Shown: positions 23,524 through 34,831 of the stretch, one piece after another | Layout: each line of letters starts with the position of its first letter | How positions within the stretch are numbered: position 1 is the first letter of the stretch | DNA from: Proteromonas lacertae | Lineage: Eukaryota | NCBI GenBank assembly: GCA_002245135.1 | Contig: NGBS01000006.1 | Location: forward strand, 1-64,000 | Direction of reading: 5' to 3' | Length of the DNA stretch: 64,000 nucleotides | Position numbers and translations under genes: made by a program | The notes under the pieces: generated by a model | What the model saw: only the letters and a program-made list of their open reading frames with translations | What the model was told of the DNA's origin: nothing | The model's database searches: none

Positions 23524-23628
23524 TTTGGATGTAAATAAATACGTTTAATTTACTTTTACAAAGTCAATATTTTGTTTTTTATTTCTTTATATATACAATA
23601 CAATATATTAATAATAATATTTATTTAT

Positions 23629-24924
23629 TTAAACACTACAGTTATTTAATACATTTCCTAATTCAAAAAACAATTTATCATATTCTTTCTTACTTTCACT
23701 ATCATATTCAGCTTTTTGACTATTTCCTAAAAATACAGCTAACATAGTTGAGCAATTATCATTCTTCACTAATAATTCATGAATCACTTTCTCAAACGAA
23801 ATTATTATTGATAAAACTTCATTATAAAATCGCAAATCATAATTAACACTATTGCTTATTTCAATCACTTTCATCATTATTTCATTATCTATTTTACTCC
23901 ATTCTGCATCATTATTTTCATATAATATTATATGTTCACTAACAAAAAAGCTTAAATGGCTGTAAAATATCTTCAAAAAGCCATATAAACTATCATCTTT
24001 TAAATATTTTAAACTACGCAATAATAATTTTCTACCTTTCAATATTGTCATTAATCGACAAATCCAACCAGCATCAATTATCTTTAAATCATTTTGATAT
24101 CCCAAACAATTTAATAATTGCTTCAAACAATATTCTCTTTCTCTTTTTGTTTCTTCTTTTTCATATTCATTAAAACTCTTTATATTTTCATCACTATATT
24201 CTTCTAACAATAATATAGCACGATATCCACTCTCTACTTGACGTTTCAAAGCCCAATTTATATGTTTAAATCCATTACTTTCAATTGAATCTAAATCTAA
24301 TACTTTTCGAGGTTGATAAATATTACTGCTCTTTGGAATTCCCAAGGCATTCTTATTCTTACTGAAACTACTTAATCGCTTTTCTTCTATATATTGGAAA
24401 TCTTTCAAACATAATTGAAAGTATTTATTTTGACCAGGAGGTAAAGGATGATAGGGAATTTCATAATTTGGATTACTCTTTCGTTTCTCTTTCTTTTCGT
24501 ATTCTAAATAGTAATAATCATTCTCATAAGGATATGAATTGTAAAAGTAGGAGTTACATTGCATATTTACATAATTCATATCTTCTTCTCTCATAGATAA
24601 CACACTTTCTTCGATTGGTTGAGGTACATAAGTGTCTAACTCTAATTGAAGTTGTACTGAATCATTAAATGAATATGCTTGAGAATCATAGGATTGATTT
24701 CCGTAGGAATAGTAAGAAATGTTTGGATCAATAACATTGAGATCTTGATTCATCATTGGACTAGGTGTTCCAACACTATTGTCTATAGATCTTTGGTATA
24801 ATGGAATATGTTCAGCTCCTGTAGAAGCTGCAGATTGAGCAGAAGGTGGAGTATTGTATTGATCCTGACGACCAGAATAAATCATAGGAGATGACCACAT
24901 ATCGTGAGGCTTTGGTTCACTCAT
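23629..24924 (-). CDS. PAT1: PAT1-like mRNA decapping activator
   Basis: ATG 24924. LGIPKSSNIYQPRKVLDL and LMTILKGRKLLLRSLKYL resemble Pat1 middle and C-terminal motifs. Confidence 0.65.
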   Translation of the reverse strand: MSEPKPHDMWSSPMIYSGRQDQYNTPPSAQSAASTGAEHIPLYQRSIDNSVGTPSPMMNQDLNVIDPNISYYSYGNQSYDSQAYSFNDSVQLQLELDTYVPQPIEESVLSMREEDMNYVNMQCNSYFYNSYPYENDYYYLEYEKKEKRKSNPNYEIPYHPLPPGQNKYFQLCLKDFQYIEEKRLSSFSKNKNALGIPKSSNIYQPRKVLDLDSIESNGFKHINWALKRQVESGYRAILLLEEYSDENIKSFNEYEKEETKREREYCLKQLLNCLGYQNDLKIIDAGWICRLMTILKGRKLLLRSLKYLKDDSLYGFLKIFYSHLSFFVSEHIILYENNDAEWSKIDNEIMMKVIEISNSVNYDLRFYNEVLSIIISFEKVIHELLVKNDNCSTMLAVFLGNSQKAEYDSESKKEYDKLFFELGNVLNNCSV

Positions 24925-25005
24925 CAGATCTTCTATTTTTGCTAAATTCAAAAATCAAGCTTCAAACTCACTTTGATATCAAACCTGTAGTCAAACCACA
25001 TTAAA

Positions 25006-25869
25006 ATGACAAAAAGTAGAAAACTGCTTCAAAGCAAGTTAAAGAACAATTTAACTAAGCAAATTCAAGAACGTCAGAAAAAGTATTTGAATTGATGTTA
25101 ATTTGATAGAATAGTGAATTCTTTTGATGTATATGAGAATAAAAGACAGAAGAAAATGTATATTTACATGTATTATGCATTTTAGTATACCTGGACAACG
25201 TTTAGCAGGAAGAAACCGTAATGTAGCAAAAGCAAGGCAAATGGCAATAGAAAAAAGATCAAAAACATTATTAGTAGAATATTCAGAACGTGATAAACAA
25301 AATAGTTTTAAAGATAGTCGTTTTGGTGAAACAGATGCTTCAATGTCTATAGAAGAGAAGATGTTGCGTAGATTCCAAGAACAAGTATTGTTTATTATTA
25401 ATATAATTTAAAAAAATATAGAGAAAAAAGCAATCTAAAAAACAAGTTTATAATTTAGAAGATGAATCTAATCAAGAAGATGCTTTAACTCATTATGGTC
25501 AAAAGTTAAATGGTATAAATATAATTAATATTTTATATTATAATAGATGATTTTGATTTTGAAAAGAATCCAGAATATGAAACTGATTCAGAAGATGATG
25601 ATAGAAATAGTGGTTTTAGAAGGCTTGAGAATCAAGCCCACTTCAAAGATGCTGGTGATCCAAATCGTCCCAAAACCCACAAGGAAATAATGATGGAAAT
25701 AATCCAAAAATCAAAAGAAAGAAAAGAAGAAAAAAGAAAAGAAAATGAAGAGAATGAAGAGATTATTTTCAAGTTAAATAATGATTTGAATGATATTAGG
25801 GATTTATTGGTTTTTAGAAAGGATCATCCTGAAGTAGAAGTAGATAATAGTGACATTAAGAACTATGAT

Positions 25870-25904
<35 letters not shown>

Positions 25905-28004
25905 TTTTCAATTTTATTTTATGTTTTGTTTAGAATATGATGAAGATGCAAAGAAATTATTATTGGAACAAAAAGCTAAAGCCTCAGATCGTAAAAAGAC
26001 ACCTGAAGAAAAGGCAAAAGAAGAATATGAGAAATTACAAATACTGGAAAGTAACAGAGTGAAAAGAATGAGAGGTGAAATAATCGAGAATTATGATAGT
26101 AAAGGAAGAAAAAATAGAAGAAATAAACGAAGAAAGATGGAAGAAGATAATGATGATGATAATAATGATGATGAAGAAGGAGAAAGTGAAGAAGAAGATG
26201 ATGATCATGAAGAAGAAATTGATAATGAAAATGAAATAGAATTAGAAAATGGAATTGAAGAAGAAGGTGAAGAGGAAGAAAATGAAGAAGAAGAAGAAGA
26301 AATGGAAATTGGAAGTGAAGAAGAAGAAAAAGAAGAAAACGAAGAAGAAAATGATGATGAAGATGATGAAGAAGAAAAAGAATCAAAAAAGAAGAATAAA
26401 AAATCATCCACTAAAAAAGATAAACCACTAACCAAGAATCAATTGAGAATAAAAAGACAACAAATCATGAATCAAGCCAAAAATGAAATGCCATATATAT
26501 TAAATTGTCCAAATACGTTAGAAGAGTTTTATTTATTAATTGAACAATATGTTAGAAATGATAATGACATTAACGACTTAATTGAGAGAATAAGAACTTG
26601 TACAAATATTCATTTAAATAATGAAAATAAAGGTAAAATGATGAATGTATAAATATATTTTTATTATAATAGTTTTACAATAATTTGATTCAGTATATTA
26701 GAGATATTTGTAACAATTTAAAAGACAATGATTCTGCTTATTTATCATCCAATTATATAGTGACAATAACAAAACAGTTATTCTTAATTGGACAAGATTA
26801 CAACAGTTGTTCTAAAACAATATTCATTAAATTATTAAAGGAGTTAAACTTTAAATTAGATAAAATCATTAGTGGAAATTTCATCAAAAATATTTCCACT
26901 GAAAATAAAAGTACATTTTTATTATCTGATTTGATTGTATTTAAATTAATATTTGACTTATTCCCAGTTACTGATTTTAATCATCCAATAGTATCATCAG
27001 CTATGTTAATAATGTGTAGAGTATATATATATATATTATATTATTTATATATATATTATAGAGTATAATATACAGTAATATAATCTCAACTTGTGATATA
27101 ATATCATTATTATTTACTGCTTCATTATTATTACAATATGTAAAAGAAACAAAGAGAATTATTCCTGAAATATTTTGGTTATTGGAAAACATAGTGTTTT
27201 TATGTTTTAATACTGACAAAATTGAAGATATGAGATTTAAGAATAATAAAAGTATATAAATATTATTGTTTTTATAATAGATATTGAATGGTTAAACTAC
27301 AATAATTCTGAAACTGAAAGAAAAAATATTTCATTCATTTTACCACTTTCATTTATTGATAAAACAGATATTGAAGAATCCCAAGAAGTTAAATATAAAA
27401 TATACAACACCCTATTCAATATAATAACTGAATCAATAGATATATATAAAGATAATTCCTGTTTTATTGAATATTACACTCCAATCTTTGAAGTATTAAA
27501 CTCAATAGAAACAAAGAACTTTAAGAATATAAATATCAGAAAGCAAAAGAAGGAATTAATTAATAAATTATATCATTTCTTAGTTATTTCAATGAATAAT
27601 AGACAACCAGTATCTTTACAAAAAGAAGCGAGAAAAGCTGAAGCTATAAAAGAATTTGTATATTATATTATTATTATTATACTGTCTTTTAGGAACCTGA
27701 ATATGAAGAAGAATATATTCCAGGAAAGAATTATGATCCAAACCAACAAAAAGCTATTGAAAAACAACTCAAGAAACAGTTTAAAAGAGAACAAAAAGGA
27801 GCTGCTAGAGATCTTAGAAAAGATAGTCAATATATTGCTTCAATTAAAGAAAATGAAAGGAAAGAGCAAGAAGAAGCAAAAGAGAAAAATAGGAAAAGAA
27901 TTGAGACATTTTTACAAGAACAACAAGTATCGTTTAAACAGACGATGGGGAAAAAACATGCTAAGACTTCTGGTAAAGAAGTTGCTAACAATATTCAAAC
28001 TTAA
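25006..28004 (+). CDS. NOP14: Nucleolar protein 14 (SSU processome)
   Basis: Multi-exon gene: KRSKTLLVEY..NSFKDSRFGE..MSIEEKMLRRFQEQ, PKTHKEIMMEIIQKSK, KASDRKKTPEE, FPVTDFNHPI, KREQKGAARDLRKD; TAA at 28002-28004. Confidence 0.93.
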
Positions 28005-28161
28005 TATTTATATATGCTATTTTCGTTTTGTTATTGTAATGTTTATGCTGTAAATAATTCAAATAAAATAAAATAATGTTAGTAATTATTCATCATTAAG
28101 ATAAATTCAAGAAAGAAGAAGAAAATGTTTCATAAATTCAAAAATTAATAAAAATCTAATA

Positions 28162-28234
28162 GCTCGTTTAGCTCAGTCGGTAGAGCGCTGGCCTTTTAAG
28201 CCAGTGGTCGGGGGTTCGAGTCCCCTAGCGAGCG
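28162..28234 (+). tRNA. tRNA-Lys(TTT)
   Basis: 73-nt cloverleaf with anticodon arm CTGGC-CT-TTT-AA-GCCAG and T-loop TTCGAGT. Confidence 0.97.
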
Positions 28235-28439
28235 TTATTTTTATTGTTTTTTCTTTCTTTTTTATTTATTTATTGAATTAATTTTCTTTAATATTGCATT
28301 TGCGAACTTTAATTCAATAAATAAATATTGTGTAACTGATGTAACATGGGTTTTTATACAATTTAACCAAACATTTCAGCCAATAATATTCTTTTGATCT
28401 TTTCTGATTTGTTCTTAGAATTTCTCTCAAATATATCTT

Positions 28440-29091
28440 ATGACTGACTACACACTCGTTTATTTCCCATTAAAAGGAAGAGCAGAGGCTATAAGAATTG
28501 CTTTAGAGCTGTCTGGATGTAAGTACACAGAAGATAATGTGACTGGTGAGACTTGGGGTGAAAAGAAAAAGCAATTGACAGATGAAGGAGTATTACCTTT
28601 CGGTCATGTTCCACTTTTAAAACATAAAGGCAAAAATGTGTGTGAAAGTATGACAATCCTTAGATATCTCGGAAGAGAGTATATCATTTTGATTAATTTA
28701 TTATAGACACAAAATGTATGGTGATAGTGATGATGACAAATGGCAAATTGATATGTTAGTTGATGGTGCTTTAGATTTAAGAGAAGCATTTCTTAATGTA
28801 ATATTTGCACCAGAAGCAGGAAAAGCAGCAGCCCAAAAGAAGTTCTTAGAAGAAACTTTACCTACATGGATTGGTTACTTCGATAAATTAAAGCAAAAAA
28901 ATCCAGGTGATCACTTTGTAGGTAAGAAATTATCAATTGCTGATATTGCTATCTTCGATATATTAAATGGTATTGAAACCATTCATAAAGGTACAGTAAC
29001 AAAGAAAGAAAATCTCAAAAAATTCGTAGAAACATTTGCTGCTCAACCAAAATATGCAGAGTATCGTAAATCATCTAGATATCATGCTTAA
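28440..29091 (+). CDS. Glutathione S-transferase (Tyr-type, sigma/pi-like), copy 1
   Basis: LVYFPLKGRAEAIR, LPFGHVPLL, ESMTILRYLGR, LSIADIAIFD; 28-nt intron at 28679-28706. Confidence 0.95.
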
Positions 29092-29511
29092 ATGGATAAT
29101 AGAATGTAACAAAGATATTAATCCTTTGTATTAATTGTTGTTTGTTTCAACTTTGAATTCTATTAATACCATACTTTATAGCACTAAGTAAACTATACAT
29201 ATGACAATTCTTTCTGACTTTATTGTTTTTTGTGTAGATCTGCTGAAAACATCTTGGAACAACAAATGTACAATTACTCTATACACTATTGATATGTTTT
29301 ACCAATTATTCTTTGTATTAAACCATAAAAGTGATAATTTCAACTATAAAGTCTAACTAAAACTACCAAACCAATTATTTATTAATTTTCTAGTAATTTA
29401 TTCATTTTTACACATTACCACATGTATAACTGCTTTCTCATTTATTCTTTGGATGAGTTTTTATTGGTTTAAAATCTTTCTTTTTTAATCATTTTATTTC
29501 ACATTTAATTC

Positions 29512-30162
29512 ATGTCTACTACCGCTTTCATCTATTTTCCAATAAAAGGAAGAGCAGAAGCCGATAGAATAGCCTTAGAGCTAGCTGGATGCAAGTATAC
29601 AGAAGAAAATGTTACTAAAGATAAATGGTCTGAAGAAAAGAAGAAATTATTAGCAGATGGCTTATTACCATTTGGACAAATACCAATATTAAAACACAAA
29701 GGTAAGTCATTAGTGCAAAGTATGACAATTCTCAGATATCTCGGAAGAGAGTATATCATTTTGATTAATTTTTATAGACACAAAATGTATGGTGATAATG
29801 ATGATGACAAATGGCAAATTGATATGTTAGTTGATGGTGCTTTAGATTTAAGAGAAGCATATTTAGTAGTAACACATACTGATCCAAAAACTAGAGAAAC
29901 TGTTGAAAAGGAGTTTGTAACTAATAAACTACCTACATGGATTGGTTACTTTGACAAATTAAAGCAAAAAAATCCAGGTGATCACTTTGTAGGTAAGAAA
30001 TTATCAATTGCTGATATTGCTATCTTTGATATTTTATCTGAAGTAGATGCCATGAGCAAAGGAGCTGTTAAGAAGAATGAACATCTCAAAAAGTTCTTGG
30101 AAGCCTTTGCTGCTCAACCAAAATATGCAGAGTATCGTAAATCATCTAGATATCATGCATAA
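29512..30162 (+). CDS. Glutathione S-transferase, copy 2
   Basis: Paralogue of copy 1 (PFGQIP, QSMTILRYL) with a 27-nt intron at 29751-29777 in the same position. Confidence 0.95.
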   Translation: MSTTAFIYFPIKGRAEADRIALELAGCKYTEENVTKDKWSEEKKKLLADGLLPFGQIPILKHKGKSLVQSMTILRYLGREYIILINFYRHKMYGDNDDDKWQIDMLVDGALDLREAYLVVTHTDPKTRETVEKEFVTNKLPTWIGYFDKLKQKNPGDHFVGKKLSIADIAIFDILSEVDAMSKGAVKKNEHLKKFLEAFAAQPKYAEYRKSSRYHA

Positions 30163-30319
30163 ACGGATAATAAAATGTAATGAACAATATACTTCTATCT
30201 GTTGAATATAAGTTGTTGTTTGAAATATAAATATACTGCATAATGAAATATAAAAATAATGAAGAATGTAACATAATAAAATATTCATCTAAAGAAAAGA
30301 AAAAAATAGAAAAAAAGAA

Positions 30320-30392
30320 CGCTCGCTAGGGGACTCGAACCCCCGACCACTGGCTTAAAAGGCCAGCGCTCTACCGACTGAGCTAAACGAGC
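30320..30392 (-). tRNA. tRNA-Lys(TTT), identical to 28162-28234
   Basis: Exact reverse complement of the first copy. Confidence 0.97.
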
Positions 30393-30557
30393 TATTAGAT
30401 TTTTATTAATTTTTGAATTTATGAAACATTCTATACTTCTCTTTTGAATATCTTTTCATAAAGCGTAGTTTTACAAAAAATATGTATAAATATTCATTCA
30501 ATAAACATATCTTTATAAAATAAAACAATATAATAATACAATATATAATATTTTTAT

Positions 30558-31373
30558 TTAATTTGTTTCAACAGGTAAATTTTCATTTCCATTTTCAACA
30601 ATCACTTTACCACCTTTATTTGAATTATCATTATCTTCAACAGGTAAATTACAATGTTCTTCTTCTTCATCTTCATCTTTTAATAATTGTTTAGCAGCAA
30701 CAGCAGCATCATTAATACCACGACTCTTAGGTAGAGAAGGTAAATTTAATAAATCACTATCATTCTTTTTACTAGTAGCTAATGATGATGTTTTACTTTT
30801 GGTTAATTTGTTATTTTCTTCACCTGGAAAGATCATTTTATAAACTATATTAACCACAGGATGTATATAATTATAAAGAAAATGTTCTGCACCATCGTTG
30901 TAGAGACATATAAATAAAATAAAAGATCTCATGAAAATGTAAGGTATAAATGTAGTTAATGATTTGAAAATCTCTTCAAACACTAATGTAATAGACACCA
31001 TAATCCAATATCCTGTCCTATTCATAATAACATTGACAATTATACCAATGCGAGTTATTTGAATAATCATTTCTTAAATCAATAAAGCATTGCATCAATG
31101 GGACAAATACAAACCAAATATTACTAAATAATATATAAATAATATGTTTATACCTAATTTGTAATAATCCTAAGATATAAAAAAGTAAAAGCATGGGCGC
31201 TGCTATAATGACTAAAAAGGCCTGGAATTTTGTAATATTAAGTTTCTTAGACAGAATTCCGAAGATTTCTATAATTTAGATATAAAAAATAGTATACGGG
31301 CTTTATTCAGGATTGATTTATCAAAATCTTCATCTGTAATAGAGAAGATTGACAAAAAATTAGAGCTGCTCAT
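30558..31373 (-). CDS. TB2/DP1/HVA22 (REEP-like) membrane protein
   Basis: ATG 31373 and three introns; YWIMVSITLVFEE..FIPY...LYNDGAEHFLYNYIHP matches the HVA22 pattern. Confidence 0.65.
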
Positions 31374-31472
31374 CACTATTTTAAAAATTAAAAAAAAATG
31401 ATTTGAGGTAAGATCAGATCAAGATTGTCAAGTCAAAATATTTCATTTCTAATTATTTCGATTCCTACACAA

Positions 31473-32049
31473 ATGGCACAATTTTTAAAAGATAATGTTT
31501 TGTTACCATTACGAAACAAGACCGTTCCTTTCTATAACAGGACTGTTATCGCAAAATCAAGTACTTTCATTTAATTAGGTTTTATTGTTAATAGAAAAGG
31601 TTGCACCATATGCAGAAAAGCTCAAAGTTCAGGAAGTAGACATTTTTAATGCACTAGTGTTTGTAATTTCGTTATTAGCCATCTTGATCGTTGGAGTCAA
31701 TAAATTGTCGTATACTTATTGCTATTCTATCTATAGATTACTTTACTTTTTAATTGTTCCAATATTTTCAATGAGAGGAGAAGATACTGAATCTAACCAA
31801 ATGTTGTATGTTTTATTATGTATATATTGTGTAAATAGTTTGTTATATTTTGAAGCATTCTCATTCCTGTTAGTATGTGAGAATATTTTTTGTTTCTACG
31901 TAATGCCTTACTATACATACACTCGTCTCGCTTTGTTTATATTTTTGTATTATTTTGATGGATATGAATGGATGAACAGATTATTAATTGATCCAGTATG
32001 TAATTTGCTATATGAAAGAGTTATTCAAAAAGTTACAAAAATAGATTAA
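31473..32049 (+). CDS. Divergent HVA22/REEP-like membrane protein
   Basis: ATG 31473 and short introns; YFEAFSFLLVCE..MPYYTYTRLALFIFLYYFDGYEWMNRLLIDP parallels the neighbouring gene. Confidence 0.5.
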
Positions 32050-32185
32050 ATACAAATTTCTTTATTTTCTATTCTTTTTTTTGTATTTGTTAGATTAATA
32101 AATAAAAACACACAAAATCAAATAATTTAATATAGGTTATAAAACATAAATTAATAAATAACTATTTAATTACGAAATATATAAT

Positions 32186-33343
32186 TTAAAACAATTCATT
32201 AATATTACTAAAGAAAATATCTTCACCATTATCAACTACTACTTCTTCTTCTTCCATTATCTCTTTTTCTTTACTTTTCTCACTTGTATCAGAACTATCA
32301 GTACTACTTCTAGAATTAGATACACTTTTTATTACACTCTCTTTTTCTTTAACTTTGTTTATATATTGTAGAATTTCAGATTCACTTACTTTTCTCATCT
32401 CTATTTTTGAGTTTCTTCTTACTGATGATAATAAATTTGTTGTAGTTGTACCATTATTAATTGTAGTAGTAGTAGTAGTAGTTGTTGTTGTTCTAATGTT
32501 ATTATCTTTTCTATTTCTTCTATTATCTCTTGTTCTTTCTCTACTCGATTCTTTATCATCAATTTTACTAACACTTTTCCTTTTCACTATTTTCTTTCCT
32601 TTCTTTTTATTATTTATACTGTTTCTATTCTTATCTTTCTTTAATCTTTTGCTATTGATTAAACTACTACTACTACTATTATTATTATTATTTTTATTCT
32701 TATTATTCCCTTTCTTATCATCATCATCTTCATTATTGAATATATCATTATTTATTATCTCATCTTCCTCATCCTCTTCTTCTTTATCTCTTCCCTCAAA
32801 AGTCTTTCTAATATATTCTCTATCAACATCAGTTTTGATTAAATTATTACTATAAGATCTATCAGTAGAACCAAGTGATTTTGAAGAATCCATAAATTCA
32901 ATGGATAACGAATTACTAGTAGTGGATCTTAAACTACCACTATTACTGTTAGTAGCGTAATTATTATTATTATTTCTATTGAATATTGGCGGTGAATACA
33001 TGTATTCATAATACTTAAATTCTATATTAATATAATCTCTCAATACCTCCATTTCATTACTAGAAGTAATTATACTTTCTTTCTCATATAAAGAATCTTC
33101 ATAAAAATAATTTTTATAATTATCGCAATCATTATGATTGTTGATTATTTTTTCTAAATTCTTATCTCTTACTTCATCAAAGAATGGATTACATATACTT
33201 TCTCTGATACTTATTCTTTTATGTGGATTGTAGATTAACATTGATTTTATTAACTCTATTCCATTCTTATCAGTGATATGTTCAAACTTTTTATCGAAAT
33301 TAACTATATTTCTATTTCTACTTTTAGTAGAACTACTAATTGT

Positions 33344-33379
<36 letters not shown>

Positions 33380-34412
33380 TGTTATCACTATATTATTCAT
33401 TTCCTTTATATAATTTCTAGTTTTGGTATTTCTAATCCAATCTAAATCATCTTTTGGTGGATATCCTAATATTTGGATTATTCGATTTATTTGACTATTT
33501 TCATCATATCTTTCTTTCTTTATATCTTCACTGGATACTAAATCTTTTATAGATAACATGCTGTTTGTACCAGGAAATAACGGTAATATTTTTTCACATT
33601 TTGGATTTAAATAATCGAATAGTTCACTTATTATACAACCTACAGCCCAAACATCGATTTTTTCATTATAATTTTCACATAAACACAGTTCTGGTGCTCT
33701 GTAAAAACGTGTAACGACATGCCTTGTCATGCTTGAGGATAAATTCTCATTATCACTGTTTGTATCACTTTCAAAATATTTTTCAGTTTCTGTTTCTTTC
33801 ATTTCACGGCTTAAACCAAAATCGCTTATCTTTACTTCATTGTGATCGTTGATCAGTATGTTGGATGGCTTTATATCACGATGAATGATCTTACAGCTGT
33901 GTAAATATTCTAAACCACATAATAATTGGTATAAAATCCATTTTATATCTCTCAAATTCCATTCTAATTTGTTGACATCTCTTTCTTTCTCCTTCATCAA
34001 CATATCTTTCCCTCCATTATCCTATAATCATATATAAAAATAGCAATATATACCATAACCATCCATACACTGGAATAATTGGTCAGATCAGAAGGACTTA
34101 GGACATTTCTAGATTTTAGATTTAAATGTCAATACTTGAGTCCGCATATATTAGGATGATCACTTAGACGCAAAATTACAAGTTCTCTTAAGCATCTTAT
34201 CCCCTGAACCATGTTCCTGAATATATTCTTAATATTCTTCACAGCCACTCTAGTAAAAATAGAAATATATTGATATTATATTCATACACCTCATGCGTCA
34301 CATTATCAATAGCTTCATATACTGTACCATAGGCACCTGATCCTATAACACTTCGTATCTCATATCTAGTGTTTATCTCAGAGGGGAAAACATTATTAGT
34401 CTCACAAGACAT
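32186..34412 (-). CDS. Atypical MAP kinase (activation loop T-R-H) with long low-complexity tail
   Basis: GSGAYG, VAVKN, LREL, HRDIKPSN, DFG, MTRHVVTRFYRAPE; three 5' introns; ATG 34412. Confidence 0.9.
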
Positions 34413-34831
34413 CAGTAAATTTTTGTTGAAATGAGTATAACTCTTTTTATAGTTGCAATAACAAAAAATATTGATGAAAAAATTACGTTAGTCTCTTATT
34501 TTTTTATGCTCACTCTACCATAAACACTGCGTCCCTTACCTTTTCATTCCAGTCTTCACATATGTTGGGATAAAAAAAGCATGCAGAATCAAATTTGAGC
34601 TTGTAGTCATAGAGATTTATTTGATTTTATTAATTATTTTTATACTCAACAATATTGGGTATATATCATTATGTTAACAGTGCTTGTCTCTATTAACAAT
34701 CATAATATATGTTATGAGTGTATAAATTACAATCACTACATCTAAAAACAAATAACACATATATTTACAATAATTTACAACAGCCATCTCTTGGCTAATA
34801 TACTTACAGATAAAAAAATGGTATTTTTTAT

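Larger units (their letters stand above)
28124..30430. repeat. 113-bp perfect inverted repeat (28124-28236 / 30318-30430), each arm a tRNA-Lys with 38 bp of 5' flank
   Basis: AATGTTTCATAAATTCAAAAATTAATAAAAATCTAATA plus the tRNA is present in both orientations. Confidence 0.92.

Noticed and set aside
25976..26435. Antisense and alternate-frame ORFs rich in Leu/Phe/Ser/His (also 8516-8776, 32355-32855, 60653-60985 and those within 19755-22807)
   Set aside because: Shadow ORFs of low-complexity coding sequence on the other strand or frame.
28124..30430. DNA transposon or MITE interpretation of the inverted repeat
   Set aside because: The arms are tRNA genes; no transposase or target-site duplication is visible.
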